From Phycisphaeraceae bacterium (GTDB lineage: Bacteria > Planctomycetota > Phycisphaerae > Phycisphaerales > Phycisphaeraceae): DNA of 64,000 nt. The first letter of the stretch is position 1. The number at the start of each line of letters is the position of its first letter. The stretch spans positions 4,960,001 to 5,024,000 of the forward strand of contig OY771506.1 of the NCBI GenBank assembly GCA_963674705.1, written 5' to 3'. Made by a program: the position numbers and the translations under genes. Under the pieces are notes generated by a model. It made no database searches, had not been told where the DNA came from, and worked only from the letters and a program-made list of their open reading frames with translations. Below are positions 19,966 to 29,732 of the stretch, one piece after another.

Positions 19966-20838
19966 ATGGAACAGTACCTCGAAGCCGCGCTCTACATCGT
20001 CTCGGTGCTTGGCGCGTTAGCGTTATCGCTGATGATGCCTCGGGGGCGTAGTGGTGTCGGCAAGATCGGCCCACTGATCGGCGTCGCCGCGCTCGGCGGC
20101 CTGTGGCTGTTCCTGTGCTCCTCGGGCCTGTGGGGCGATCGTGAAACCGGCCTGTCCACCCCCGCTTTCATCTATTACTACGTCTTCAGCGGCATCGCGA
20201 TCTTCTCTGCCGTCCGCGTCATCACACACACCAAGCCCGTCTACGCCGCACTCTGGTTCGTCATGGTCGTGCTGGCCAGCTGCGGGCTCTTCCTGGTGCT
20301 CTCGGCACAGTTCATGGCCTTTGCCGTCGTCATCATCTACGGCGGGGCCATCCTCGTGACCTATATGTTCGTGATCATGCTCGCCACCCAGTCCACGCCG
20401 GACGGGCATTCCGGGCAGATCTACGACCGCGTTGCCAAAGACCCTGTCATGGCCTCCGCGGCGGGCTTCCTCCTGCTGGCGGTGCTGCTGAGCGTGGCCT
20501 TCGACTACGATCAGATCAAAGACATCCGTATGGATGCCGCTAAGCGCCAGAGCGATGCCGCCCTGATTGAATCGACCCTCGGCAACCGCCCGCTGGCCGA
20601 GCAGGCGGTCTACAAGATGAACGAGGCAGGCGAGGCCGTTAAGGTCGACGCCCCCGAGCCCCCCGCCAACCTGGACCCGACCCGTCTGGCTAACGCCGAA
20701 CGCGTCGGCCTGGACCTGTTCATGAGCCACCCGCTGGGCCTGGAACTGGCCGGCGTCATCCTGCTGATCTCGCTGATCGGCGCGATCGTGATCGCGAAGA
20801 AGAAGGTGCCGGATGAGGGGGCAGTTATCAGCCGTTAG
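19966..20838 (+). CDS. nuoJ: NADH-quinone oxidoreductase subunit J
   Basis: PVYAALWF, IIYGGAILVTYMFVIML and LELAGVILLISLIGA motifs; upstream of nuoK. Confidence 0.92.
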   Translation: MEQYLEAALYIVSVLGALALSLMMPRGRSGVGKIGPLIGVAALGGLWLFLCSSGLWGDRETGLSTPAFIYYYVFSGIAIFSAVRVITHTKPVYAALWFVMVVLASCGLFLVLSAQFMAFAVVIIYGGAILVTYMFVIMLATQSTPDGHSGQIYDRVAKDPVMASAAGFLLLAVLLSVAFDYDQIKDIRMDAAKRQSDAALIESTLGNRPLAEQAVYKMNEAGEAVKVDAPEPPANLDPTRLANAERVGLDLFMSHPLGLELAGVILLISLIGAIVIAKKKVPDEGAVISR

Positions 20839-20885
20839 CCATTAGCCGTTAGCACAAACAGATTGAATATCGAACATTGAACATC
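20828..20885 (+). repeat. TTAGCCR tract followed by TTGAACA tract
   Basis: Same order and ACAGA linker as 13848-13912; contains the nuoJ stop codon. Confidence 0.8.
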
Positions 20886-20890
20886 ACCAC

Positions 20891-21217
20891 ATGCCTTTAA
20901 CTGAGATCGACAGCCTGACACTCTCGCACTTCCTTTTAACAGGTGCGGTGTTGTTCTGCCTGGGCCTGATCGGTTTTATCAGCCGCAGGAACCTGATCAT
21001 CATGTTCCTGTGCACGGAGATGATGTTCCAGGGCGTGGCGATCTCGCTGATCGCGTTCAGCCGGTTCCACATGAACGATACCGGCCAAACGTTTGTGATC
21101 TTTGTCCTGACCATCGCCGCCGCCGAGGCCGCCCTCGCGCTGGGCCTGGTGGTGCTGCTGTTTAGACGCAAACACACGCTCGACGCATTGGTGTGGTCGA
21201 AGCTGAAGGATGTGTAG
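20891..21217 (+). CDS. nuoK: NADH-quinone oxidoreductase subunit K
   Basis: RRNLIIMF..EMM and GQTF..IAAAEAALAL motifs. Confidence 0.95.
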   Translation: MPLTEIDSLTLSHFLLTGAVLFCLGLIGFISRRNLIIMFLCTEMMFQGVAISLIAFSRFHMNDTGQTFVIFVLTIAAAEAALALGLVVLLFRRKHTLDALVWSKLKDV

Positions 21218-21228
21218 GCGACTTAGCC

Positions 21229-21262
21229 ACCCTGAACCCCGAACCCAAGACCCCGAACCCAA
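21229..21262 (+). repeat. 7-nt-period tract (ACCCYGA-like)
   Basis: accctga accccga acccaag accccga acccaa, immediately before the nuoL ATG. Confidence 0.7.
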
Positions 21263-23344
21263 ATGTCCATCGAACTGATCAAACTCATCCCCTGGATCCC
21301 GCTGCTGGGCGCGGCGCTGTGTGGCATCTGCTGCATGAAGCCCGCCCTCCGCAAGCTGGCCGGGCCGATCAGCGTGATCTCCATCTTCATCCCGTTCCTG
21401 ATCACCCTCGGCGTCTACAGCGCTGCCAAGAACCTGACCGGCGATGACAGGATTCAGACCATCTACAGCTGGATGGGCGTCAATGGCCTGCAGATCAACA
21501 TGGGGTATCTCGTCGACCCGCTGACGATGATCATGCTCTTTGTCGTTACGGGCATGGGCACGCTCATCGCCACCTACGCGATGGGCTACATGAAGGGCGA
21601 GCGCGGCTACGCACGTTTCTTCATGGGTGTGTCGCTGTTCATCTTCGCGATGACCACGCTGGTCATGGCTGACAACCTCGTATTGCTGTACCTCGGCTGG
21701 GAAGGTGTGGGCCTCTGCTCATACCTGCTGATCGGGTACTACTACGACAAGGACTGGGCCGTCGCCGCCGCGAAGAAGGCGTTTATCGTCAACCGCATAG
21801 GCGACTTGGGCTTCGCGCTCGGCATCTTCCTGACGTACATGACGTACGACACGGTGAGTCTGAGCGTCGTCGTCGAAAAAGCATCCGCGTTCCTGACCGA
21901 TCCGCATTACCACGCTTCGGCTGCCGACCTATGGATCCCCTTCCTGCTGATGCTCGGTGCGTTCGGCAAGAGTGCCCAGATCCCCCTGTATGTCTGGCTG
22001 CCCGACGCCATGGCCGGCCCGACACCAGTCTCCGCGCTGATCCACGCCGCGACCATGGTCACCGCCGGCGTCTACATGATCGCCCGGCTGATCCCGGTTT
22101 TCGAACTCTCGCCTTACGCCCTGCCAACCGTCGCCACCATCGGCAGCGTCACGGCATTGATGTCCGGCACGATCGCCCTGTGTCAGTACGATCTAAAGAA
22201 AGTCTTCGCCTACTCGACCGTCTCGCAACTCGGGTACATGTTCCTGGGCGTTGGCGTGCTGTCGACCTATGGCGGCGTGTTCCACCTGTTCACCCACGCC
22301 TTCTTCAAGGCCCTGCTCTTCCTCACCGCCGGCAGCGTGATGCACGCCCTGGCCGGTCAACTGGACCTGCGGGCGATGTCGGGCCTGCGTCACAAGATGC
22401 CGGTCACCTGCTGGCTGATGTTCGCAGGTTGCCTCGCTCTGGCGGGCTTCCCATTCACCGCGGGCTTCTATAGCAAGGACACCATCCTCGCCGCCGCGAT
22501 GGGTAAAGGCATCGGCGATCACGGCAGTTGGTTGTTCTTCATCCTGGCGTTGATGGGCCTGTTCACCGCCTTCCTCACCGCGTTCTACACCTTCCGCCTC
22601 TGGTTCCGCGTCTTCATGGGCCCGGAACACTTCGAGATGGGTGATGAACATCATGGCGAAGATGACGGACACGGTGACGATCACGGCCATCACGCACACG
22701 AGCCGCACGAAATGCCCTGGTGGCCGATGAACGTTCCGCTCGTTGTCCTCGCTGCCGGTGCTTTGTTCGCGGGTGTGATCTTCAATGGCTGGATGAGCGA
22801 CAGCATCGAAAACTCCACCGCCAAACCCATCGCGGTTCAGGCAACTTCGCATGCCGTGGTTCAACCCGAGTACCAGATCATCACGGTCGCCAACGAAGAA
22901 GCTGACAAAGGTACACATGCCGAAGCAGCCACCGCAGACCAAGACGAACACCACGACTCACTTCACACCATGATGATGATCATCAGTTCTATCATCGCGA
23001 TCGCCGGGATCGCCATGGCCTGGTACTTCCACTTGGCGAACCGGCCATTGACGGACAAAATCGCCAAGCAGTTCGGCGTGGTCGTCGAGGTGCTTTACAA
23101 CAAGTATTACGTGGACGAGATCTACGACGCGACCATCGTCAAACCGCTGCGTTTTGCGGGTTACGCATTCGAGTTCTTTGATGAATGGGTCATCAACAAC
23201 ATCGTATTTACGATCGGCTTTGTGCCGAAGCTGGCGGGCTGGTCGGTCAAGCCGATGCAGAGCGGCAAGCTCCAGGGCTACGGCCTGGGCATGGTGCTTG
23301 GCGTGGCGATCGCGGCGTTACTGGTATTCATGTGGGCGTTTTAG
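21263..23344 (+). CDS. nuoL: NADH-quinone oxidoreductase subunit L
   Basis: GWEGVGLCSYLLIG, GKSAQIPLYVWLPDAMAGPTPVSALIHAATMV and HAFFKALLFL motifs. Confidence 0.96.
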   Translation: MSIELIKLIPWIPLLGAALCGICCMKPALRKLAGPISVISIFIPFLITLGVYSAAKNLTGDDRIQTIYSWMGVNGLQINMGYLVDPLTMIMLFVVTGMGTLIATYAMGYMKGERGYARFFMGVSLFIFAMTTLVMADNLVLLYLGWEGVGLCSYLLIGYYYDKDWAVAAAKKAFIVNRIGDLGFALGIFLTYMTYDTVSLSVVVEKASAFLTDPHYHASAADLWIPFLLMLGAFGKSAQIPLYVWLPDAMAGPTPVSALIHAATMVTAGVYMIARLIPVFELSPYALPTVATIGSVTALMSGTIALCQYDLKKVFAYSTVSQLGYMFLGVGVLSTYGGVFHLFTHAFFKALLFLTAGSVMHALAGQLDLRAMSGLRHKMPVTCWLMFAGCLALAGFPFTAGFYSKDTILAAAMGKGIGDHGSWLFFILALMGLFTAFLTAFYTFRLWFRVFMGPEHFEMGDEHHGEDDGHGDDHGHHAHEPHEMPWWPMNVPLVVLAAGALFAGVIFNGWMSDSIENSTAKPIAVQATSHAVVQPEYQIITVANEEADKGTHAEAATADQDEHHDSLHTMMMIISSIIAIAGIAMAWYFHLANRPLTDKIAKQFGVVVEVLYNKYYVDEIYDATIVKPLRFAGYAFEFFDEWVINNIVFTIGFVPKLAGWSVKPMQSGKLQGYGLGMVLGVAIAALLVFMWAF

Positions 23345-23360
23345 GAACGGATAAGAACGG

Positions 23361-25010
23361 ATGGACCTTCTGCTGCTGATAACCCTGTTCCCGCTTGTAA
23401 GCGCGTTGCCGCTGCTGCTGCCGGTACGGGCGTTTGACTGCCGAAAGACCGTCTGGTTTTACGCGCTATTGAGCACGATCGTCACGTTCGTGTTCTCGCT
23501 TTTCGTGCTGGCCAAGTTCGACTTCGCACAAAGCGGGCAGATGCAACTGCAAGGCGCGGTCAGTTGGATCGACGCATTCGGTCTGAGCTTCAGCTACGGG
23601 ATCGATTCGATCTCCCTCTGGCTGATCCTGCTCACCACGTTCATCATGCCGATCATCATGCTCGGTTCATTGACCGCGGTGAACACGCGCATCCGTGAGT
23701 TCTACTTCTGGCTGCTCGCGCTCGAGACGTTCATGATCGGCACGTTCGTCGCGACCGACATCATCTTCTTCTACCTCTGCTTCGAGTTCACGCTCGTGCC
23801 GCTCTACATCCTCATCGGTGTGTTCGGCTCGGACAACCGGCTCGCAGCCGCGAAGATGTTCTTCCTGTACACGTTCACCGGCTCGATGCTGACCTTCGCC
23901 GGCGTGTTGTATGTCGCATACACGCACGCCGCGAACACCGGCACGTGGACGTTCAATATCCAAGAGCTTTACCAGACCGCTCAAGGCATGAGCGCGGGAC
24001 AACAAGCTTGGGTGCTCGGCGCGTTGATGGCAGGCTTTGCCGTCAAGGTGCCGATCTTCCCAGTGCATACCTGGCTGCCGCTGGCGCACACCGAGGCCCC
24101 CACCGCCGGGTCCGTCATCCTCGCCGGTGTCTTGCTCAAGCTCGGTACGTACGGCCTGCTACGATTCGCCCTGCCCATGTGCCCCGATGCCGTCGTCGAA
24201 TACGCATGGCTCATCGGCATCTTCGCCGTGCTCGGTGTGCTGGTCACCGCGCTCATCTGCTGGGTGCAGACCGACGTCAAGCGGCTGATCGCCTACTCGT
24301 CCGTATCCCACCTTGGCTTCTGCGTGCTGGGCCTGTTCGCACTAGACAAAGATGATACCGGGGCGGTTGGCTCGGTCATGTACATGATCAACCACGGCCT
24401 GTCGACCGGCGCCTTGTTCCTTTGCGTCGGCATGATCTACGAACGCTTCCACATCCGCGACATGCGGCAGATGTCAGGCCTTGGCCGCGCCATCCCCGTG
24501 TGGGCATCCTTCACCGTCTTCTTCGTGCTGGCGAGTGTCGGCCTACCGGGGCTCAACGGCTTCGTCGGTGAGTTCCTCACGCTGTTCGGTGCGTTCAACT
24601 CCCCGAGCAATGTGCTGGGCATCGAGTTCGCCGCGTTCGCCGGTGTCGGCATGATCTTCGCTGCGATCTACCTGCTGTACATGGTCGGCAAGGTGATCTT
24701 CGGCCCGCTGCAAGTACCTGCAGTTCACAACGAAGACGGCAGCCACGACCTCAAGGACCTGAATGCCCGCGAGATCATCACCCTGCTGCCGCTGGCGGCC
24801 GGCTGCCTGATCATCGGCTTGTTCCCGTACAACATGCTTGTGAGTCTGGAAGACTCCGTTGGTAATCTCACCGCCGCAGGCAAGACCGCGGCCAATCAAA
24901 CTGTTGTTGATTTATCCGAGCCCGCGATGAAGCTGGTGCTCGATGACCAAACCGTCATGAACCAGAATGTGACTTTGACCGAGACCGCCGCACAAACGGC
25001 GGAGCGTTAA
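23361..25010 (+). CDS. nuoM: NADH-quinone oxidoreductase subunit M
   Basis: FAVKVPIFPVHTWLPLAHTEAP, LLKLGTYG and GLPGLNGFVGEF motifs. Confidence 0.96.
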   Translation: MDLLLLITLFPLVSALPLLLPVRAFDCRKTVWFYALLSTIVTFVFSLFVLAKFDFAQSGQMQLQGAVSWIDAFGLSFSYGIDSISLWLILLTTFIMPIIMLGSLTAVNTRIREFYFWLLALETFMIGTFVATDIIFFYLCFEFTLVPLYILIGVFGSDNRLAAAKMFFLYTFTGSMLTFAGVLYVAYTHAANTGTWTFNIQELYQTAQGMSAGQQAWVLGALMAGFAVKVPIFPVHTWLPLAHTEAPTAGSVILAGVLLKLGTYGLLRFALPMCPDAVVEYAWLIGIFAVLGVLVTALICWVQTDVKRLIAYSSVSHLGFCVLGLFALDKDDTGAVGSVMYMINHGLSTGALFLCVGMIYERFHIRDMRQMSGLGRAIPVWASFTVFFVLASVGLPGLNGFVGEFLTLFGAFNSPSNVLGIEFAAFAGVGMIFAAIYLLYMVGKVIFGPLQVPAVHNEDGSHDLKDLNAREIITLLPLAAGCLIIGLFPYNMLVSLEDSVGNLTAAGKTAANQTVVDLSEPAMKLVLDDQTVMNQNVTLTETAAQTAER

Positions 25011-25013
25011 GCG

Positions 25014-26582
25014 ATGCATAAAGCCGAGATCATCGAAAAAGTAGCCGGCCTCTGGCCCGAGATCGTGATGCTGATCGGCGCCACGTTGTGTCTGTTCATT
25101 GGCTTGTCGCAAGGCAAGGGCCCTAGACGCAGCACACCGTGGATCGCCGCGATCACGCTCCTGCTCGCGATCGCTTTCGTCTGGCTCAAGCCCGCACCAG
25201 TCGTGGAAGGCGCCATCCTTGGCGGGATGGCCGGTTATGTCAAAGTCGCCACCGCAGGCATCGGCCTGATCCTGCTCATGGTCGCCGCAGGTGTGCCGGG
25301 CCGATTAAAACAATCCATCGATGCAGAGAACGCGCCGACCTTCGAGCCGGGCGATCTGATCACCGGCGAGTTCTACGCCTTCTTCTTGCTGAGCCTGACA
25401 GGTGTCATGATGACCGCCGGCGCGAGCGATCTGGTCTGGCTCTTCCTCGCACTGGAACTGACCAGCCTGCCGACCTATGTCCTCGTCGCCACGACGCGCG
25501 ACCGCATCGATGCGCAGGAGTCGGCCGTCAAGTACTTCTTCCTCGGAGCGCTGAGCGCCGCGATCTTCCTCTACGGTTTCGCCCTGATCTACGGCGCGAC
25601 CGGCTCGACGGACTTCACCGAAATCACCGCCATCGTCAAGCAGCAGCTCGCCGCCCACCCGGGCCACGTGCCGGGCCTGCTGTTGATGGGCATGATCCTC
25701 GCCATCGTCGGTGTCTGCTTCAAGATCGCCGCCGTACCGATGCATTTTTACGCCGCCGACGTGTACCAGGGCGCTGCGACGCCGGTCACCGCGTTCCTCG
25801 CGTTCGTGCCCAAGACCGCCGGCGCGGTCGCGCTGATCCTGCTGCTGTCGCTGGTCGGTTGGCCCTTGCCCGCACCGATCGCAATGCTGCTCTGGCTCAT
25901 CGCCGTACTCACCATGACCATCGGCAACGTGCTGGGCCTCTTGCAGGACAACGTCAAACGTGTTCTGGCTTACAGCTCGATCGCACACTCCGGCTACATC
26001 GTCGTCGGCCTACTCGCTGGGCCCGCAGTCAATAACGCCCTGGGCGGAACGCTCGGCAACGGCATCGCCGCTGTACTGTTTTACCTCGTCGCGTACGGCC
26101 TGGGCACGATCGCCGGCTTCGCCGTACTCGGCTGCATCGAAGCCGACGGCAAGGAAGCGCAGACCTTCCGCAACATCTCCGGCCTGCATAAGAACCACCC
26201 GTTCCTCGCCGCGCTCATGCTGCTCAGTGTCTTGTCACTTCTCGGCCTGCCACCGCTGGTCGGGTTCCTCGGCAAGGTCTACCTCATCGGTTCCGCCTAC
26301 GGCGCGGGATTTGTCTGGCTTGTGGTCATCCTCGTGCTCAACTCCGCGATCAGCGCCGCGTATTACCTGCGCATCGCTAGCGTGTGTTACTTCGGTGAAC
26401 CCGACAAGTCGGTCCAATCCGCGGGCAACTTCCCACGCACCGCCGGTGCTTTGGTCGCCGCCACGCTCGCCGTCGTGCTCGGCATCATCGGCAACGGCCT
26501 GGTCAACGCTTCCAGCAACGCCGCTGCAACGCAGCAAACCGCCGCACAAATCACCGACGCGCAGCTTACCCAAGCCAAGTAA
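25014..26582 (+). CDS. nuoN: NADH-quinone oxidoreductase subunit N
   Basis: ESAVKYFFLG, FKIAAVPMHFYAADVYQGA and KRVLAYSSIAHSGY motifs. Confidence 0.96.
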   Translation: MHKAEIIEKVAGLWPEIVMLIGATLCLFIGLSQGKGPRRSTPWIAAITLLLAIAFVWLKPAPVVEGAILGGMAGYVKVATAGIGLILLMVAAGVPGRLKQSIDAENAPTFEPGDLITGEFYAFFLLSLTGVMMTAGASDLVWLFLALELTSLPTYVLVATTRDRIDAQESAVKYFFLGALSAAIFLYGFALIYGATGSTDFTEITAIVKQQLAAHPGHVPGLLLMGMILAIVGVCFKIAAVPMHFYAADVYQGAATPVTAFLAFVPKTAGAVALILLLSLVGWPLPAPIAMLLWLIAVLTMTIGNVLGLLQDNVKRVLAYSSIAHSGYIVVGLLAGPAVNNALGGTLGNGIAAVLFYLVAYGLGTIAGFAVLGCIEADGKEAQTFRNISGLHKNHPFLAALMLLSVLSLLGLPPLVGFLGKVYLIGSAYGAGFVWLVVILVLNSAISAAYYLRIASVCYFGEPDKSVQSAGNFPRTAGALVAATLAVVLGIIGNGLVNASSNAAATQQTAAQITDAQLTQAK

Positions 26583-26734
26583 AACACACCAGCTTGATGC
26601 AACTTTCCCAGCGACTTTTCCATCTCATGTCGCTGGAAATCACATGGTTGCAGGCCTATACTCCTGTCCAAGCCGGCTAAAAGCTCGGGGGCCCCGGCGC
26701 TTTCTCAATAACGCCAATCTTAAAGGATTCCGAG

Positions 26735-27196
26735 ATGGACGATACCAAACGACAGGAAATCATCGACCTGCTTAGCACCAGCTACAACATGGAACTCGAA
26801 ACGGTCATCAACTACATCGCCAACTCCGAACACCTTGATGGCATCCGCGCGCAGCACATTAAAAACGCGCTCGGCGCCGACATCGCTGAAGAACTCGGCC
26901 ACGCGCAGCAACTGGCCAAACGCATCAAGACATTGGGCGGGAAAATCCCCGGTTCTAAGTCACTGCGCTGGTCGCAGACTTCACTGCAACCCCCGGCTGA
27001 CACACTCGACCTGATCTCCGTCATCAAAGGCGTGATCGAAGCCGAAGCCGGCGCGATTGAGCAGTACCAGAAGGTGATCGTCGCAGCAGGAGACGACGAT
27101 CCCGTTACCGCCGATCTCTGCACCACGCTCAAGGCCGACGAGGAAGAACACCACCAAATGTTCAAAGGCTACCTCGCCGAAGCAATCAAGTGGTAA
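26735..27196 (+). CDS. ferritin-like (bacterioferritin/rubrerythrin-type) di-iron protein
   Basis: E..ExxH (EELGHA) and E..Y..EExH (DEEEHH) four-helix ligand pattern. Confidence 0.85.
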   Translation: MDDTKRQEIIDLLSTSYNMELETVINYIANSEHLDGIRAQHIKNALGADIAEELGHAQQLAKRIKTLGGKIPGSKSLRWSQTSLQPPADTLDLISVIKGVIEAEAGAIEQYQKVIVAAGDDDPVTADLCTTLKADEEEHHQMFKGYLAEAIKW

Positions 27197-27239
27197 GCCT
27201 GGACATAAACTGAATGCTCAACCCAATCCCTACTCTTAT

Positions 27240-27278
27240 CCCCTCTCCCCTCGGGAGAGGGCAAGGGTGAGGGCCGGG
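27240..27278. repeat. CCCTCTCCC..GGGAGAGGG..GGGTGAGGG REP-like repeat
   Basis: Related copies at 30931-31060, ~58416, ~60483 and ~62877. Confidence 0.8.
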
Positions 27279-27457
27279 TGCCTTACGTCAGCAGCCATTT
27301 CACTCGCATCCGAATGCGCGTCTGCTGCATCTTCAACGATATTACAAATCGAAATTCTTTAATCCCGTCCAAGCTTCCCGCATCAGAGGCCACATGCTAT
27401 ATTCGCGACAGGCACGATCCCCCCGGATGCCCCGTGCCCGCCCCGGAGTCCTTTTGT

Positions 27458-28069
27458 ATGTTGCGTTTGAAGCAATCCACCCCCCCTGTCGCCGCAGTTG
27501 CAGTACTCGTACTGCTCATCGCCGCCGGGCCCGCACATGCACACGCCGGCCACGAGCACAGCTCGTTCTCCTCGGGCTTTCAGCACCCGCTCTACGGCCT
27601 GGACCACCTGTTGGCCATGATCACCGTCGGCCTGCTCTCGGCACGTATGGCTGCTAAACGCATGTGGACGCTGCCGCTTGCCTTCGTCGGCATGATGGCC
27701 TGTGGCGGCCTGCTCGGGCTCGCATGGAAGCACGACGGGTTCACCGTCTTTGAATGGGGCATCAGCCTGTCTGTGCTTGTCTTCGGGCTCGTCGCCGCGA
27801 TCAGCAAGGAAGTGACCGTCCTCTGGGGTAACCTCATCGTCGCCGGCTTCGCGATCTGTCACGGCCACGCACACGTCGCCGAGATGGGCTCCGCCTCCGC
27901 GTGGGGCTACTTCCCCGGCATGCTCCTGTGCACCGCGGGTCTGCACCTGATCGGTCTGGTGGTCGGCATCGTCCTCAAAAAATACGTCGGCGAATGGTCC
28001 ATCCGCCTCGGCGGCGCGCTGGTCGCTGTCAGTTTCGCCACGATCATGGCTCTGCAATGGATCGGCTGA
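27458..28069 (+). CDS. HupE/UreJ family metal transporter
   Basis: AHAH signal, GFQHPLYGLDHLLAM, FAICHGHAH.E and LHLIG motifs. Confidence 0.92.
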   Translation: MLRLKQSTPPVAAVAVLVLLIAAGPAHAHAGHEHSSFSSGFQHPLYGLDHLLAMITVGLLSARMAAKRMWTLPLAFVGMMACGGLLGLAWKHDGFTVFEWGISLSVLVFGLVAAISKEVTVLWGNLIVAGFAICHGHAHVAEMGSASAWGYFPGMLLCTAGLHLIGLVVGIVLKKYVGEWSIRLGGALVAVSFATIMALQWIG

Positions 28070-29163
28070 TGCGCATACGCTTCGCAATTAGTCTGTGCTG
28101 TTACCTCATCTTTGCTTTGGTCTTTGCTGTCATGCCGAACTCAACACACGCACAATCGAATAACGATGAATTAAGAAACCGCGTCGAGGCCGCTCTGCCC
28201 GAACACATCGGTGCAGCGGTGCTCGTCATCGATGATGGCGAAGTCGTCTTCCGCGAAACCTACGGCATAGCGGATGTCGAAACGCAAACACCCGTCACCC
28301 CGCAAACCAACTTCCGCATCGCCTCGGTCACCAAACAGTTCACCGCCACCGCAATCATGCTGCTTGTCGATCAGAACAAACTCTCCCTCGACGACACACT
28401 CGATCAGTTCTTCCCCGGCTTCCCCGACTACGGCAAGCACATCACCATCCGTAACGTACTCAACCACACATCAGGCCTGCCCGATTACGAAGACCTCCTC
28501 CCCGAAGGCACCACGCTCCAGGTCCACGACCGCGACGTCCTGAAGATTATCCTCGACACCGATAAACCCGTGTTCGCCCCCGGAAGTCAATACAGCTATT
28601 CCAACACCGGTTATGCGTTACTTGCATTAATCGTCGAACAGGTCGCAGAGCAACCGTTTCAGGACTATGTAAAACAGCGCATCTTCAAACCGTGCCACAT
28701 GGATCGATCCGTCGTCTTCGTACGCGGGTTGAACGAAGTGGCCGACCTCGCGTTCGGCCACTCCAAGGAAGATGGCAAATGGATACGTAACGATCAGTCC
28801 GTCACCAGTGCTGTTCTCGGTGACGGCGGCGTCTACAGCTCGATCGACGACCTCACCCGTTGGGTCCGCGCCCTGCAAGCCGAACGCCTGTTGACTGAAA
28901 AATCCTACAAGGCCATGTACACACCCAACGTGATCGGCGACGAAAACACCATCTACGGCTTCGGCTGGCGCATCGATACCTACAAAAGCCAAACACGCTA
29001 CCACCACACCGGCAGCACACGCGGCTTCCGCCTCTGCCTTCAACGCTTCCCGAATCGCAACGCCGCCGTCATCGTCCTGATCAATAACAGTATCGAAGGC
29101 CCGATCACTCCCGTCGCCGAAAGGGTGAGTGATATCGTGTTATTCAGTGATCAGAACCAGTGA
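28069..29163 (+). CDS. serine hydrolase, beta-lactamase/AmpC family
   Basis: SVTK, LNHTSGL, YSN and HTG motifs; signal peptide; ATG overlaps the upstream TGA. Confidence 0.9.
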   Translation: MRIRFAISLCCYLIFALVFAVMPNSTHAQSNNDELRNRVEAALPEHIGAAVLVIDDGEVVFRETYGIADVETQTPVTPQTNFRIASVTKQFTATAIMLLVDQNKLSLDDTLDQFFPGFPDYGKHITIRNVLNHTSGLPDYEDLLPEGTTLQVHDRDVLKIILDTDKPVFAPGSQYSYSNTGYALLALIVEQVAEQPFQDYVKQRIFKPCHMDRSVVFVRGLNEVADLAFGHSKEDGKWIRNDQSVTSAVLGDGGVYSSIDDLTRWVRALQAERLLTEKSYKAMYTPNVIGDENTIYGFGWRIDTYKSQTRYHHTGSTRGFRLCLQRFPNRNAAVIVLINNSIEGPITPVAERVSDIVLFSDQNQ

Positions 29164-29177
29164 CACCCGAAAATGAT

Positions 29178-29720
29178 TCATTCTGACTGTATGGGGACAA
29201 AAACGAAGTCTTCATCTGTCGGGTAATCCGAAGCAAGGGCTTCTATCTCGCCGGTCAAAACTTTGGTTAAGAAAATACTCATCGTGCAGCCCTGATAGAC
29301 CGTAAAACCCGCGCCGCGGACCTCATTCTGCACGACCGGCCAACTATCCGGATCACCTTCGGTCAACCAGTAATAACAATTCCCGTTGTCATCAGTACCC
29401 CACGGCAATAAGCCCGGTGAATCCGGGAATAATGCGTACGGAACATATTCATCACCAAGATTACGTTTGATCTGACACTCGGCGTCGCAAAGATTCTTTA
29501 CCTGTCGTTCAAACGAGAGGTACTGATTCTTTGTGATCGGGTTGTGCACCCAATAGAATCCCGCAAAACAACCGCAACCGTAGTGCTTCATGAATTCTGC
29601 ATAATCAGTCGGCAGCTTAACACCCAACTTTGATTCAGCTTGTTTGATGTGATCGGCCGAGCATCTATCAATAGGATTTTCTGGTGGTGATACCAAAGCC
29701 AACAATTGCGTCAAACTCAT
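29178..29720 (-). CDS. SMI1/KNR4 (SUKH) family protein
   Basis: AESKLGVKLPTDYAEFMKHYGCG and LLPWGTDDNGNCYYW..PDSWPV motifs. Confidence 0.85.
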   Translation of the reverse strand: MSLTQLLALVSPPENPIDRCSADHIKQAESKLGVKLPTDYAEFMKHYGCGCFAGFYWVHNPITKNQYLSFERQVKNLCDAECQIKRNLGDEYVPYALFPDSPGLLPWGTDDNGNCYYWLTEGDPDSWPVVQNEVRGAGFTVYQGCTMSIFLTKVLTGEIEALASDYPTDEDFVFVPIQSE

Positions 29721-29732
29721 TTGATCCCCCCT

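Noticed and set aside
22640..22712. His/Asp-rich segment in NuoL as a novelty
   Set aside because: His-rich loops before the 'HE.P' motif are common in NuoL.
28069..29163. Antibiotic-resistance beta-lactamase call (also for the MBL-fold gene at 15280)
   Set aside because: The motifs support only the broad hydrolase families, not resistance enzymes.
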